The notes beneath the pieces were generated by a model. The model made no database searches, had not been told where the DNA came from, and saw only the letters and a program-made list of their open reading frames with translations. The position numbers and the translations under genes were made by a program. From positions 1-64,000 of IMG/VR virus record IMGVR_UViG_3300032242_003148: a stretch of 64,000 nt of DNA. One strand, 5' to 3'. The stretch is from a virus. Each line of letters starts with the position of its first letter. Positions within the stretch are counted from its first letter, which is position 1. Positions 9,842 through 19,936 of this stretch are shown here, in pieces.

Positions 9842-12800
9842 GTTACTCCGCACAACTGGCCAGTAATCCCCCGTTACAATTAGTGCGGGACTGCTTGGCT
9901 TACTGGGGATTTGACAATCTAGAGACTCAGACAATTCTTCGAAACGGGGTGTCTTATACTAGAGGTATACGATATAATACCCAAGGAAATAACCCAGATG
10001 TAGGTACCACTCTAGAGTCTAATAAAATAACCACACTATCAGATTACACTGGTTGGTATGAGAATAATCTAAGTGCATTTGGCAGTGGAGTCCAGCTCTG
10101 CGATGGCGCACCTAATGGTACAATTGGGTCTGATGGTGTTACAGTTACAGCAATATTTAGAGTAACGTCTGTTTATCAGACAGGCTATACAGTTGATCTA
10201 ACGGTAACAAACGCAGGCCCTGAAGACCTAGAAAGATTTTGGAGTATACTGTACTGTGGCTTAGATGAGACTTTAGTTAAAGTAGAGGATCGATATTCGG
10301 GGGCAATATGGGATTATCATGGCCCAACTAATAATAGTTTTGATTACATGGGTACAGACGAGCCTTCTCCAAATTTTTGGGGAGAAGACAACTACTCTGC
10401 AGTTGGTAATCATGGATATCTTTTATCCGCCAGACATACCAGGATACCATCAGGAAGTTCTATAGTATTAAAGCTGACGTTTGATCTACAATTTGGTGAC
10501 GGTGCAGGAATATACTCATTCCCACCAAGTGATAAACATCTATATGCGTATGGTGATATGGTGCCATTGGATATGTTAGTTCCAACGCCATGGGATCCTG
10601 ATCCTCAGCCAACCGTATGGCCACCATTCCGTATGGCAGCAAGACCATATAGTGGATTTCAAGGCTATTTTTTCAACGGACCTAATAGCTATCTTCGTAA
10701 TAACAACAATTCACCAAAAATAGCCAGCATAGGTTCTGGGGACTTTACTATTGGTTTTTTTGTGGCGCCGTCAGGGCCTAATGGAAATCCGATACAAACA
10801 GTGATATCCACAGAGGAAATAGGCACAGCATATCCAGGGTATACAAATGTAGGTTTTTCGGTTTATCTGGATTACACAGCTTATGACCCTATAAATGATC
10901 CTTATAGAGTAGCTTTAGGATTTAAGGTTGGCAATTTTGATCCTGGGCCGGTTTGTTATATTAACACAAATAAAGCTAATTCCGCAAGTGAAATACAAGG
11001 CAGACATGGTACTGATAACTATGGTATTTATGGTAGATTCGGATTTTCAAGCTGGGGCGACTATTCACATATATCAATAGTAAGAAACGAAGGAAAATAC
11101 ACTGTTTATAGAAACTTTCATAAAGTTTTTGAGTGCGATCCAACAGGTATAACTGGGATTGATGTTTTGGCTGCTCCAAGAATAACAATAGGGGGGCAAT
11201 GGATAAATTCTGGTGCAGGTAGTCTTACTAATTTATTTCGTGGTGCGGTTGATGAAATTGGAATTTGGAAAACTGCAATGTGGTGCGGGGAGAGTGAGAT
11301 TTTTATGAATGACCCAGTTATTCCAGACGGTAATCTTGATGGGCTAAGACAAATTTATAATTATGGTGGAGAAGGTGGAGGTGGATTTAAAGGTGATCGT
11401 GAATATATGGATTATCAATACACTTATCCATTTGGATATTATGTATATATACCTGATGAGCTTACAGACTATACAGTTTATTCATATAATAAAATAGATA
11501 TTCCTATAGGGTTAGCAAACGGTTATTTACCGCAGGAATTTTATTTAACTGATGCGACTGCATTAATAAACTATGCGAATCGTGACTCTAGGGATACTGA
11601 CTACGGTATGCAGGGTATTGATTGGGCGCCATTTACATATAACGCAGCCACCCAAACACTATCAGGTAGATACAACGGAATGGCACTATTGAGGGATAGA
11701 ATGTCCAATCTTTTCACTTGGTTTGATGATAATGGTTATGGAGGTTATAATCCTAAAACACACCAAAGTTATAGTTATTATAAAAATCCTAATTTTGGTA
11801 ATGTTGAGGGTCCTACCCCTAGAGGCGATTTTTCTATTTGGTTCTACGATACCGGCGCAGGTATGTCAGATCCTTATGGTAATGCTATTGAGTATAGTCA
11901 GGAATACTTTGCTAGATTAAAGGATATTGTTGCTAGTGGTATAGATGGAGACAGGATGAAAACCGAGAATATAGATATAGCTTATTTAGTCTATATAGAT
12001 ACCTTGAGCACAGTAGGAATGGTAGACCCCGGAAAGATAGCAAGGGTACAGCAGCGATTGAAGTTCAACGTAAATGTACTAAAGGGTTTCACTGAACCCA
12101 AGATAAACAACAATTTTGTAGCAGGAACAACAATACCAGAAATTGTAATAGACTTATCTGATTACCCTCGTGGAAATATAAAACGAGCAGTTGTTAATGT
12201 ATTTAATAATGTGGGATCTCCGTATTATGCAAACCCTCTGCTTGTAGCGCATATGACACCCACGGCGCAGACTCCTAGTACAGAGGTACTAACTGCGACC
12301 ATATCAGGAAAAAAATTAATAATTTCAGGTCTTATTCCGATATATTGGCTAGTACACACTTTCAGTGTAGGATATGGTCCGCAGATAAAAGTTTCTATAA
12401 TTGGAGAGGCGGATACACCTGGTTATGAATATGAAATTTATCATGTCATGGATACTCCCTTACTGGGTGGACCTATAACCCAGATTTCTTTTTCTCCTGG
12501 TTATTTTGAATTAAATGGAGCGCCAATAAATAACACTTTAGATATATATTTTAATCCTAAGCTTACTTTGTCGGAGGTGAATAATGTAATAGCTATGTTA
12601 CGAGATATAGAAGGAATTAACAACAACCAGCTAATATACCGTACATTTACAAATAACGAGAACGGGGATGATCAGCCGCCTGTGGTGCATGATGAACCAC
12701 CAGATATAAATTGGGGGGCAGGTACAGGTTATAGCAGCGTGCTGGGTGTACCTAGTGGACTCACCGTAACTAGAATACCTAACTATTCAATATCGTCTAT

Positions 12801-15800
12801 AGAATCAACTCCTATGGGTACAAAAACTAATCCTTATATACTTTCTGGAGTGGCTAGTAGTGGACTAGTTTTCTGGACAAAAAATGTAACTTATTTTGAA
12901 CTTAACCTACTGTGCTATATAGCACAGGCTCCCCCAAGAGTTCATAACTTTCCAACCAATGGTGAAACAATACCATTAATGTCTAGAGTGGCATACAGAG
13001 ATTTTCCTATTAAAACTGATATAAATATAACTCCAATAAAACATGTGGATATAATTATGGCCCCTGGGCAGCCGATAACAAACAATGTAAACATCCCCAT
13101 AACCATAACTGGGACATTAGTTCCTGACGGACTTCTATCCCCAGGAGTCGGACCATATCCTTATCTTGATTTTAGTTTACCTAATGGAATTTCGATACAA
13201 ACAACACCATCCTATGCTATAGTAGGATCATACCCAGCGCGCCATGCAGTCTACGACGCTGACGGTAATCTTCTATACTATACAGGCGGAGGTGGTGGTG
13301 ACCTAGTAATTTATGCTCAGGGATATAATTGCCTGGTGGCAGCACCAATTGAGTTTCTTGTTGATGAGTTTGAATTTACTCCCAAACAAACTTTTTTAAA
13401 TTTCCATGAAAGGTATGTTCCTCCATTTGTACCAGCAACAAACTACCCTGGTTGGGTAGAGCGTTGGGGTACTCCTATTGGATTACCTCCTGGTGTATCA
13501 CAAGATCCAGCTAGTGGTTTAGTTTCAGGTGCAATAAGAACTGCGGGAAGTGGTACAACCACCTTTAAAGCTATTCATGGCGAGTACACCGTGGATTCTT
13601 ATGGTATTCCCTGGGACATGGTGTATAGCCCACCCCGACCTTTGTATATGATTTTCAATATTCCATTATTTGAATACTCTACAATACAAATACTAACAAC
13701 TGATAATCAATGGCCGTCTGGTAGCATTGGCTTGGAGATAATATCTGGGAGTTTACCTGATGGTATTACTATTGACGGGCAGGCTGGAACGTTAAGTGGT
13801 TACTGCACAGACATCAATTATTCTCCGCAACTTTTAGTTATTCGTTTCTCAGATGACTATGGTGACTTAGGTACGCACACTTATCCAATTTTTACGGCAG
13901 TTAATAGTCTTTTAATTACCCCATCTATTCAACTTAATTATACATTAGGAAATAGTACGTACTCTAAAATAGCTTATAGCGATATACCTATAGATAGGTG
14001 GGTATATAATACTCAAAATTATGCATATACAGGCTATACAAACAATCTACTTCCTTTCGAAATAACAAAAGAAGGCTATATAAAATACACACATTGGACC
14101 AAGGGAGATTATTATAACACTAGAGAATTTAATCTATTTCCTATTGGTGGCAGTACCACATTATTTTATGGTACATCAAATGATCCATATTTTTATTTAG
14201 CTCCCGGAGAATATATTCAGGGTCAAGGAATACCCCCAGGCACCCAGGTAATTGATATAGACTATGTTTCAACACCATATCATTATACTTTAAGTTTTCC
14301 GGCGCAACCTTCCGGGATTATAAAGACCGTGCAGGCGGGACTAGGACTTAAAGTTTATAACAAAAATAATGTATATGAAGTTATCGGTGAAGGGAATTTC
14401 GGGGCTACCCCCCCAGAATTCACAAATGGTAGTGAACAGAATGGTACAGCCATATTAAGATATATATCCAGTTTTTCCGAATACGGAGATACATTCCTAA
14501 CGAAATACGATGCAATCTATGAGACATTGGCTCCTCCACAATTTAAAGTGCAACAGAATTTTTCTACAGGAGGGGCTGAAATAACTGGAATAAGCCATGT
14601 TATAACTTATGAAGAAAAGGGTATACTCTTGGGTGTGATTTGGGTTGTTTCTGGTGGAGACACATTACACAGGTTAGAATTAATAACTCCTGGAGATACA
14701 TTTCAAGAGCGTCACCCAGAAAATAATCCAGATTCTCCTGTACCTAATACATACTCTATACAGGATATTAAAAACCTGCACGATATTTGGGATTCATATG
14801 ACATTATTTACAGACCTACTGTTTATTCATTGAGAGACCTACACAGCATAATACCAGGACCTGGGGCGTATTCTACAGATATATTTATTTCTGCTAATGG
14901 TCAAATTATTCAAGGATCACTAATAACTTATAACGATCCCAAAAGCATAAACTTTAATGTATATTTTACTGGTGGTTCTCTCTCAAATCACGTGTTAAAG
15001 GGATTGGCGTTTGATAAAGACGATATCTTGTATGTAGTAGATAGTACAATGAATAATATATCAAAAATTATAAGCCATACAGACCCAAATACAGGATACA
15101 TCACAAGAGAAGCCGTTGTATATGCTTCTGGCAGTGGCGTGTTTCCATTAAACTCACCATCCTCTATTGCTTTTGATTTAGATTCTAATCTATATGTTAC
15201 AAACCCAGGTAATAACAATATTTTAAAATTTCCACCAGGTGGTGGAAACACTCCAGTGTTGTTTGCTTCGAACATATCATCCACAGCAATAGCTTGTTCA
15301 AATGGCCATAATACACTGTTTGTTGTGGATAAAATAAATTCAAAAATAATAGAATTTTCAACTAGCGGTGAAATTATAAAAACAATATACAGTAAAACTA
15401 TTGATACGGAAAATAGTTTTAATAACCCATCTGCTATAACTTTTCCTAAAAGCGGACTCGACTTTATAGTAGCAAACAGTGTATCCAATCCACAAATTAT
15501 ACATGTCTACAACAACACAGTTTATAGTAATACAGTATTGATAACTATAAATTTAGACAGAGGATTACCAGCGATAACACCTAATCAAACGTTTTCAGGA
15601 ACAATAAATGTATTCTTAGAATTTATTATTTTGAGAGACAACGATAACCAAATAAATAGTTGGCGACTAATAGACATAAATAATGTAAATCTAGAGATAT
15701 CAATAGACCCATACTCAGGCGTGGTATCTGGTGTGCCCGGCATTGCTGGGTTATTCACATATCTTGTAAAAGCCACGAATGACCAAGGTGAGGACACTAA

Positions 15801-16875
15801 AGAAATAACCATAGATATAGCTGGAATTGTCCCTACGATATTGCCTGGACAAGTATTCTCCTTGTTTGTTGGTGATCCTAATAATGCATCAGACGCGATA
15901 CAATACTCAGGAACAACAGCGGATAGCTGGCAAATAGTAAGTATAGTTAGTGGTGGAACACCAGATGTAACTATAAACTTTTTAGGTCAATTCGTGGGAG
16001 CAACCCCAGCTGCTGTTGGTACTTATATAGTTAATATAACCGCCACAAACCGATCAGGAACATCGGCAGTAACTCCTGTAACATTAAATATATTACTACC
16101 CTACCCTGTAGTCACGCCAGGCCAATATGTGTATACAGCAACAAATACAAATATCGATTATGATGTAGCTTATATTGGAAGTACACCAAATCATTGGGAA
16201 TTAGAAATCCCGCAGAATACCACACTAGCTATCTCTAACTCCGGTAAAATCACCGGTAAAATACCTTATGAATCGCAGTTTACCTTGGCTGTGAAGGCCT
16301 CTAATGATTCAGGAATTAGTGAAGAGAGTATAAATATAATCGCTGTGGACTCTCCTCCTATTATAACTACAAACCAAGTATTTAGTGGTCAAATTAATGT
16401 ATATTTTAATAATGCTATACTATATTCAGGCACAGCAAACACATGGAGCTTAACAGAAGAAAATGTTTTACCGCCAGGTTTAACATTAAATACATCAACT
16501 GGGGTTATATCAGGCACACCCACAACCCCGGGAATTTATACAAATATAAGTATAACAGTAATATCTAATAATGGTGGTAGGGATATCAGAACTATAAATA
16601 TAGTTATTTCTAATATAGGAAGCCTTATTCAAATAGCACAAGGCCAGGTAATAAACGCAACAGGAGTAAGTGCATTTACGTTCACGCCAACCTATACAGG
16701 ACGCCCAAACAGGTGGGATGCAGCTAGTCTACCAGCATGGTTAACTATAAACCACACCACAGGAGAATTAACAGGTACAACCACAGGAATAGCTCATGGA
16801 AATTACTCTTATTGCGTATACGCTAAAGATGATTTAGGAAATAGTTCAGCGGCATTTATAAAAATACAGATATAA
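9838..16875 (+). CDS. Giant (~2345 aa) multidomain virion/tail protein: LamG, CBM2-like, Ig-like (He_PIG) repeats and NHL propeller
   Basis: The ATG at 9838 overlaps the upstream TGA (ATGA). LamG (LAYWGFD...FRGAVDEIGIW), repeated LPPGL.LN.STGVISGTP Ig units, NHL repeats (GLAFDKDDILYVVD; PSSIAFDLDSNLYVTN). Confidence 0.75.
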   Translation: MSYSAQLASNPPLQLVRDCLAYWGFDNLETQTILRNGVSYTRGIRYNTQGNNPDVGTTLESNKITTLSDYTGWYENNLSAFGSGVQLCDGAPNGTIGSDGVTVTAIFRVTSVYQTGYTVDLTVTNAGPEDLERFWSILYCGLDETLVKVEDRYSGAIWDYHGPTNNSFDYMGTDEPSPNFWGEDNYSAVGNHGYLLSARHTRIPSGSSIVLKLTFDLQFGDGAGIYSFPPSDKHLYAYGDMVPLDMLVPTPWDPDPQPTVWPPFRMAARPYSGFQGYFFNGPNSYLRNNNNSPKIASIGSGDFTIGFFVAPSGPNGNPIQTVISTEEIGTAYPGYTNVGFSVYLDYTAYDPINDPYRVALGFKVGNFDPGPVCYINTNKANSASEIQGRHGTDNYGIYGRFGFSSWGDYSHISIVRNEGKYTVYRNFHKVFECDPTGITGIDVLAAPRITIGGQWINSGAGSLTNLFRGAVDEIGIWKTAMWCGESEIFMNDPVIPDGNLDGLRQIYNYGGEGGGGFKGDREYMDYQYTYPFGYYVYIPDELTDYTVYSYNKIDIPIGLANGYLPQEFYLTDATALINYANRDSRDTDYGMQGIDWAPFTYNAATQTLSGRYNGMALLRDRMSNLFTWFDDNGYGGYNPKTHQSYSYYKNPNFGNVEGPTPRGDFSIWFYDTGAGMSDPYGNAIEYSQEYFARLKDIVASGIDGDRMKTENIDIAYLVYIDTLSTVGMVDPGKIARVQQRLKFNVNVLKGFTEPKINNNFVAGTTIPEIVIDLSDYPRGNIKRAVVNVFNNVGSPYYANPLLVAHMTPTAQTPSTEVLTATISGKKLIISGLIPIYWLVHTFSVGYGPQIKVSIIGEADTPGYEYEIYHVMDTPLLGGPITQISFSPGYFELNGAPINNTLDIYFNPKLTLSEVNNVIAMLRDIEGINNNQLIYRTFTNNENGDDQPPVVHDEPPDINWGAGTGYSSVLGVPSGLTVTRIPNYSISSIESTPMGTKTNPYILSGVASSGLVFWTKNVTYFELNLLCYIAQAPPRVHNFPTNGETIPLMSRVAYRDFPIKTDINITPIKHVDIIMAPGQPITNNVNIPITITGTLVPDGLLSPGVGPYPYLDFSLPNGISIQTTPSYAIVGSYPARHAVYDADGNLLYYTGGGGGDLVIYAQGYNCLVAAPIEFLVDEFEFTPKQTFLNFHERYVPPFVPATNYPGWVERWGTPIGLPPGVSQDPASGLVSGAIRTAGSGTTTFKAIHGEYTVDSYGIPWDMVYSPPRPLYMIFNIPLFEYSTIQILTTDNQWPSGSIGLEIISGSLPDGITIDGQAGTLSGYCTDINYSPQLLVIRFSDDYGDLGTHTYPIFTAVNSLLITPSIQLNYTLGNSTYSKIAYSDIPIDRWVYNTQNYAYTGYTNNLLPFEITKEGYIKYTHWTKGDYYNTREFNLFPIGGSTTLFYGTSNDPYFYLAPGEYIQGQGIPPGTQVIDIDYVSTPYHYTLSFPAQPSGIIKTVQAGLGLKVYNKNNVYEVIGEGNFGATPPEFTNGSEQNGTAILRYISSFSEYGDTFLTKYDAIYETLAPPQFKVQQNFSTGGAEITGISHVITYEEKGILLGVIWVVSGGDTLHRLELITPGDTFQERHPENNPDSPVPNTYSIQDIKNLHDIWDSYDIIYRPTVYSLRDLHSIIPGPGAYSTDIFISANGQIIQGSLITYNDPKSINFNVYFTGGSLSNHVLKGLAFDKDDILYVVDSTMNNISKIISHTDPNTGYITREAVVYASGSGVFPLNSPSSIAFDLDSNLYVTNPGNNNILKFPPGGGNTPVLFASNISSTAIACSNGHNTLFVVDKINSKIIEFSTSGEIIKTIYSKTIDTENSFNNPSAITFPKSGLDFIVANSVSNPQIIHVYNNTVYSNTVLITINLDRGLPAITPNQTFSGTINVFLEFIILRDNDNQINSWRLIDINNVNLEISIDPYSGVVSGVPGIAGLFTYLVKATNDQGEDTKEITIDIAGIVPTILPGQVFSLFVGDPNNASDAIQYSGTTADSWQIVSIVSGGTPDVTINFLGQFVGATPAAVGTYIVNITATNRSGTSAVTPVTLNILLPYPVVTPGQYVYTATNTNIDYDVAYIGSTPNHWELEIPQNTTLAISNSGKITGKIPYESQFTLAVKASNDSGISEESINIIAVDSPPIITTNQVFSGQINVYFNNAILYSGTANTWSLTEENVLPPGLTLNTSTGVISGTPTTPGIYTNISITVISNNGGRDIRTINIVISNIGSLIQIAQGQVINATGVSAFTFTPTYTGRPNRWDAASLPAWLTINHTTGELTGTTTGIAHGNYSYCVYAKDDLGNSSAAFIKIQI

Positions 16876-16904
16876 TTGACAATACTTAACATGTTTCGTA
16901 TCAT
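16876..16904 (+). promoter_or_regulatory. Sigma70-like promoter upstream of the lysis cassette
   Basis: TTGACA-17 bp-TATCAT. Confidence 0.6.
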
Positions 16905-16922
16905 TCTACTAAAACCATTGGT

Positions 16923-17408
16923 ATGGAAAACGAAGAAAACCAGGTAGATAAGAATTCGCAAGCTATAGTAGACATAAATAGAAAACTATACGATCTTGCC
17001 GCTGATCTCAGATCCACAAGAGATACCGCAAGAGATGCTCTGTCTATAGTTATAGGTGTTGATGGTAATAATGGGCTCAAGAGTTCTATGAAGACTCTCA
17101 CAGAAACGGTGGACAGGATAAAGGAAGATTTCTTATTCCTAAGGGAGACCGCACATAACTATAAGGAATTAAAAGGGCTCATACTTAGATTTTTATTCAC
17201 AGGGGCATTTGCATTCTTATTTCAGCTTGGTGGTGTTATCTGGTTTTTCTCTGCAGATCATAAGTCTAATGAAAATATAAGCGTGCAGATCAAAGAGATG
17301 GCACAGGATATAAAGCAAAACCAGCGAGAGAACATGCAAAGAGATGTTGTGGACGCAAAAACTGCAGAGCAATTAAAAGAGTTATTAGAAAAAATAAATG
17401 AAAAATAA
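16923..17408 (+). CDS. Single-TM coiled-coil protein (lysis region)
   Basis: Hydrophobic segment FLFTGAFAFLFQLGGVIWFF flanked by coiled-coil sequence. Confidence 0.55.
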   Translation: MENEENQVDKNSQAIVDINRKLYDLAADLRSTRDTARDALSIVIGVDGNNGLKSSMKTLTETVDRIKEDFLFLRETAHNYKELKGLILRFLFTGAFAFLFQLGGVIWFFSADHKSNENISVQIKEMAQDIKQNQRENMQRDVVDAKTAEQLKELLEKINEK

Positions 17409-17586
17409 ACATATACTTTTACTCTGTGCATTAGTTCTCACCAGCTGCGCTGTCGCTGCGCCTAAAAAAACACAAATAACCCAAAAAACCAGCGATGACA
17501 TATCATCACTTGGATCAACACTGAGCAAGGCAGAGGGCAAGGCCGTGATACTAAGAACCTGGCTGGAGGCACATCAAGGTGAATAA
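17398..17586 (+). CDS. Small lipoprotein, o-spanin candidate
   Basis: Signal peptide with lipobox LTSC; lies in the lysis cluster. Confidence 0.5.
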   Translation: MKNKHILLLCALVLTSCAVAAPKKTQITQKTSDDISSLGSTLSKAEGKAVILRTWLEAHQGE

Positions 17587-18052
17587 ATATATAATCAGCT
17601 TTGCTTTGCTGATTTGTGGGGCGGGTAGTACTAATGCTTTCCCATCTAAAAAAGATATTAGTGACCTACCTAAGAGCCAGATAATAGCCACAGCAAACTC
17701 TTTGGTTAAACTATATGATGTTGCATCCGCTCAATTAGACTCAGCTAAAAAAGATTTGGCTACCGTACAATCAAAGTATGACTTGAGCTTAGCTCAGCTT
17801 AAAACAGCTCAAGATGAAGCACAAAAATATAGGTTAGAGGCCCATAACAACGCCAAGCAGAGGGATGTTGTGGTGTTTGGGTTTGCTATATTTTTCTCAC
17901 TTTGGTTTGGTTCGTTATTCGGTAACCTATTATCTACATTACCTTCACCATGGGGAGTTATTGCCCCATGGATAATGTATGCCGTTGGGCTAGCCACAGG
18001 TTATGCTCTGGGTAGGTATATTCTTTCTTATCTATCTGCTTTTATTCCATAA
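17579..18052 (+). CDS. Coiled-coil membrane protein, spanin-like candidate
   Basis: N-terminal signal/TM segment, central coiled coil and two C-terminal TM segments. Confidence 0.45.
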   Translation: MNKYIISFALLICGAGSTNAFPSKKDISDLPKSQIIATANSLVKLYDVASAQLDSAKKDLATVQSKYDLSLAQLKTAQDEAQKYRLEAHNNAKQRDVVVFGFAIFFSLWFGSLFGNLLSTLPSPWGVIAPWIMYAVGLATGYALGRYILSYLSAFIP

Positions 18053-18053
18053 T

Positions 18054-18386
18054 ATGCAAAAGTTTACACTATGGATTAAGAAGGTGTTGGCAGAAAACAA
18101 TGGGTCGCCTAGCAGCGTGAGAGTATGCTTATTCTTGCTTGTGGCTGCTGTGGTTGGTTGTGTGGTGTATGTGATAGTGCAGCATACCATACACCATTTG
18201 GATGGAGCTATAATCGACATACCTAAAAATTTAGCAGATCTATTAGCGTTTACAGTAGGAGCATTAGCAGCAGCAAAAACAGGCAGTAAATTCGGAGAAG
18301 AGGGTGCGTCTAGAACATTACCTCCCGCGCCACCAGTCGAAGAGCCGGGCCAGCCAACAGCTAAAGCCACAGATCCTAATATCTAA
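18054..18386 (+). CDS. Holin candidate
   Basis: Likely start is the ATG at 18054. E.NG.PSS.R motif, two TM helices, directly upstream of the endolysin. Confidence 0.55.
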   Translation: MQKFTLWIKKVLAENNGSPSSVRVCLFLLVAAVVGCVVYVIVQHTIHHLDGAIIDIPKNLADLLAFTVGALAAAKTGSKFGEEGASRTLPPAPPVEEPGQPTAKATDPNI

Positions 18387-18397
18387 ATTTAAATAAT

Positions 18398-18979
18398 ATG
18401 GTTCCTCTGGCCAATATAAAAATAGCTGATGTTATTAACTCAGCTTCAGGGTCAGACCAATATCTAAAATGGCTGAAGTTTATACTAGAGTGGGAATGTG
18501 AGATAAACAGGGCCGGCTATATCACTATCGAGAATCTAGGAGATGGAGCAGGTATCACAGTAGCAGGACTAACAGCTAGAGATGATGATTTTCCTGGGGA
18601 GGGAATAACTGCTAAGTGGATAGCAGATAAATTTAAAACAGGTTATTGGGACAAGTGTGGTGGGGATACATTTAAATACCCTATTGGCCCTGTAGTTGCT
18701 AACTTTGGTGTTAACTGTGGAATAGAAACTGCAATAATAATGCTACAGCTGGCCATATGCGACCATGGTTTAAGGGTGGTTTGCGATGGTGAGTTAGGTC
18801 CCATCACAATAAAGTCAGCCCTACAATTACCTAATAGCGTTGAATTAGCACTAGGTGTTATAGCAAAGGGAAGAGCAAGGTATAAGAGATTAGCTGAATT
18901 TCACCCTAACCCAAATGCCAGATTCTTGAAGGGCTGGCTAAACAGAACTGACGCACTAACTGCTACTTTCTGCAGTTAG
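18398..18979 (+). CDS. Endolysin, glycoside hydrolase family 108 with peptidoglycan-binding C-terminus
   Basis: FILEWE, G.T..GLT, YWD, NFGVNCG, DG.LGP.T and FLKGWLNR motifs. Confidence 0.8.
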   Translation: MVPLANIKIADVINSASGSDQYLKWLKFILEWECEINRAGYITIENLGDGAGITVAGLTARDDDFPGEGITAKWIADKFKTGYWDKCGGDTFKYPIGPVVANFGVNCGIETAIIMLQLAICDHGLRVVCDGELGPITIKSALQLPNSVELALGVIAKGRARYKRLAEFHPNPNARFLKGWLNRTDALTATFCS

Positions 18980-19266
18980 ACATTCTCCTCGTCATCATCA
19001 TCCACAGGAGGAGGTATTGGAGGGGGATTTGGGCCCCTATCATCCATCTCCTCCATATGTAGCGCCTGGTTTCTAAGATGTTCCTGGCAAGCAGAAGCCT
19101 GGGCATCAACAAAGTTAAGAAGCCCTAACCTTATTGTGGGGTTATCATAGCTCTCAAAAGATTCTATTTCGCCCCTATCATTTACCACCGCTAGATAGTA
19201 ACCCCTTGAAAACTCACTTAATTGAGTGAGAAACTGCTTGGGTAATTTGAAGCCTCCCGGTTTCAT
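18976..19266 (-). CDS. Hypothetical protein with acidic C-terminus
   Basis: ATG start; converges on the endolysin with a 4 bp overlap. Confidence 0.6.
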   Translation of the reverse strand: MKPGGFKLPKQFLTQLSEFSRGYYLAVVNDRGEIESFESYDNPTIRLGLLNFVDAQASACQEHLRNQALHMEEMDDRGPNPPPIPPPVDDDDEENV

Positions 19267-19303
19267 TTATTTATTTTTATTAATTATATACTAGTTAATG
19301 GCT

Positions 19304-19338
19304 AAAAAAAAGGAAAACCCGCTAGGGCCTTCCTTTTT
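19304..19338. terminator. Intrinsic terminator, possibly bidirectional
   Basis: Imperfect hairpin aaaaggaa..ccc gcta ggg..ttcctttt flanked by A and T tracts. Confidence 0.5.
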
Positions 19339-19347
19339 AAAAATCTA

Positions 19348-19716
19348 TCACATTAATAGTGTAGCAAACAACTCGTGGTTGTCTACTGGTTTTATAATCT
19401 CCTCATGGGAGACTATGTTTTCCTTAGATTTTTTATTAGTTTTAAACTTAACCATATACTCATAGCAATACTTATAATATATAGGTTCGCCCATTGAGAT
19501 AGTAGGTAAGTTTAATTTTTTAACCGTTTCAGCACTCCCACCTAGGGATTTTTGTATATACAACAGGCGTAGACCAGTATGATAGTCTAGTAGATCTGGG
19601 TGTATAATTTCGTGTTCTATTACATCAGGATCTTTCCCGAAGTTGAACTCTACGAATCCTTTGATAGGTAGTGCTTTTATTAGTTTTATAAGATAGTTTT
19701 CACTTGGTTTTGCCAC
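19348..19716 (-). CDS. Hypothetical protein
   Basis: ORF in a tightly packed minus-strand run. Confidence 0.55.
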   Translation of the reverse strand: MAKPSENYLIKLIKALPIKGFVEFNFGKDPDVIEHEIIHPDLLDYHTGLRLLYIQKSLGGSAETVKKLNLPTISMGEPIYYKYCYEYMVKFKTNKKSKENIVSHEEIIKPVDNHELFATLLM

Positions 19717-19936
19717 TTGAGGTTAAACGCTTTCCAAGATATCTTCTCGGATGATTATATGATTTTCTCGCTTCTCCGCGAGCGTTGGCTAACCAAGAGC
19801 CAATTAAAACAGCCAGACTTAGCAGTATTACTGCTGAAGTATAGACTGTTGCATAGGGAGGAATTCCACCCTGAGCCAATTCAACTATCCCTCCGACGAA
19901 AACGCCGAAGAATATACTGTTTATTATTTTTCGCAT
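19700..19936 (-). CDS. Small membrane protein
   Basis: Two hydrophobic segments; overlaps both neighbours. Confidence 0.55.
   Translation of the reverse strand: MRKIINSIFFGVFVGGIVELAQGGIPPYATVYTSAVILLSLAVLIGSWLANARGEARKSYNHPRRYLGKRLTSSGKTK

Noticed and set aside
562-15812. Many short minus-strand ORFs within the structural genes
   Set aside because: They are antisense shadows of long + strand genes and carry no recognisable motifs.
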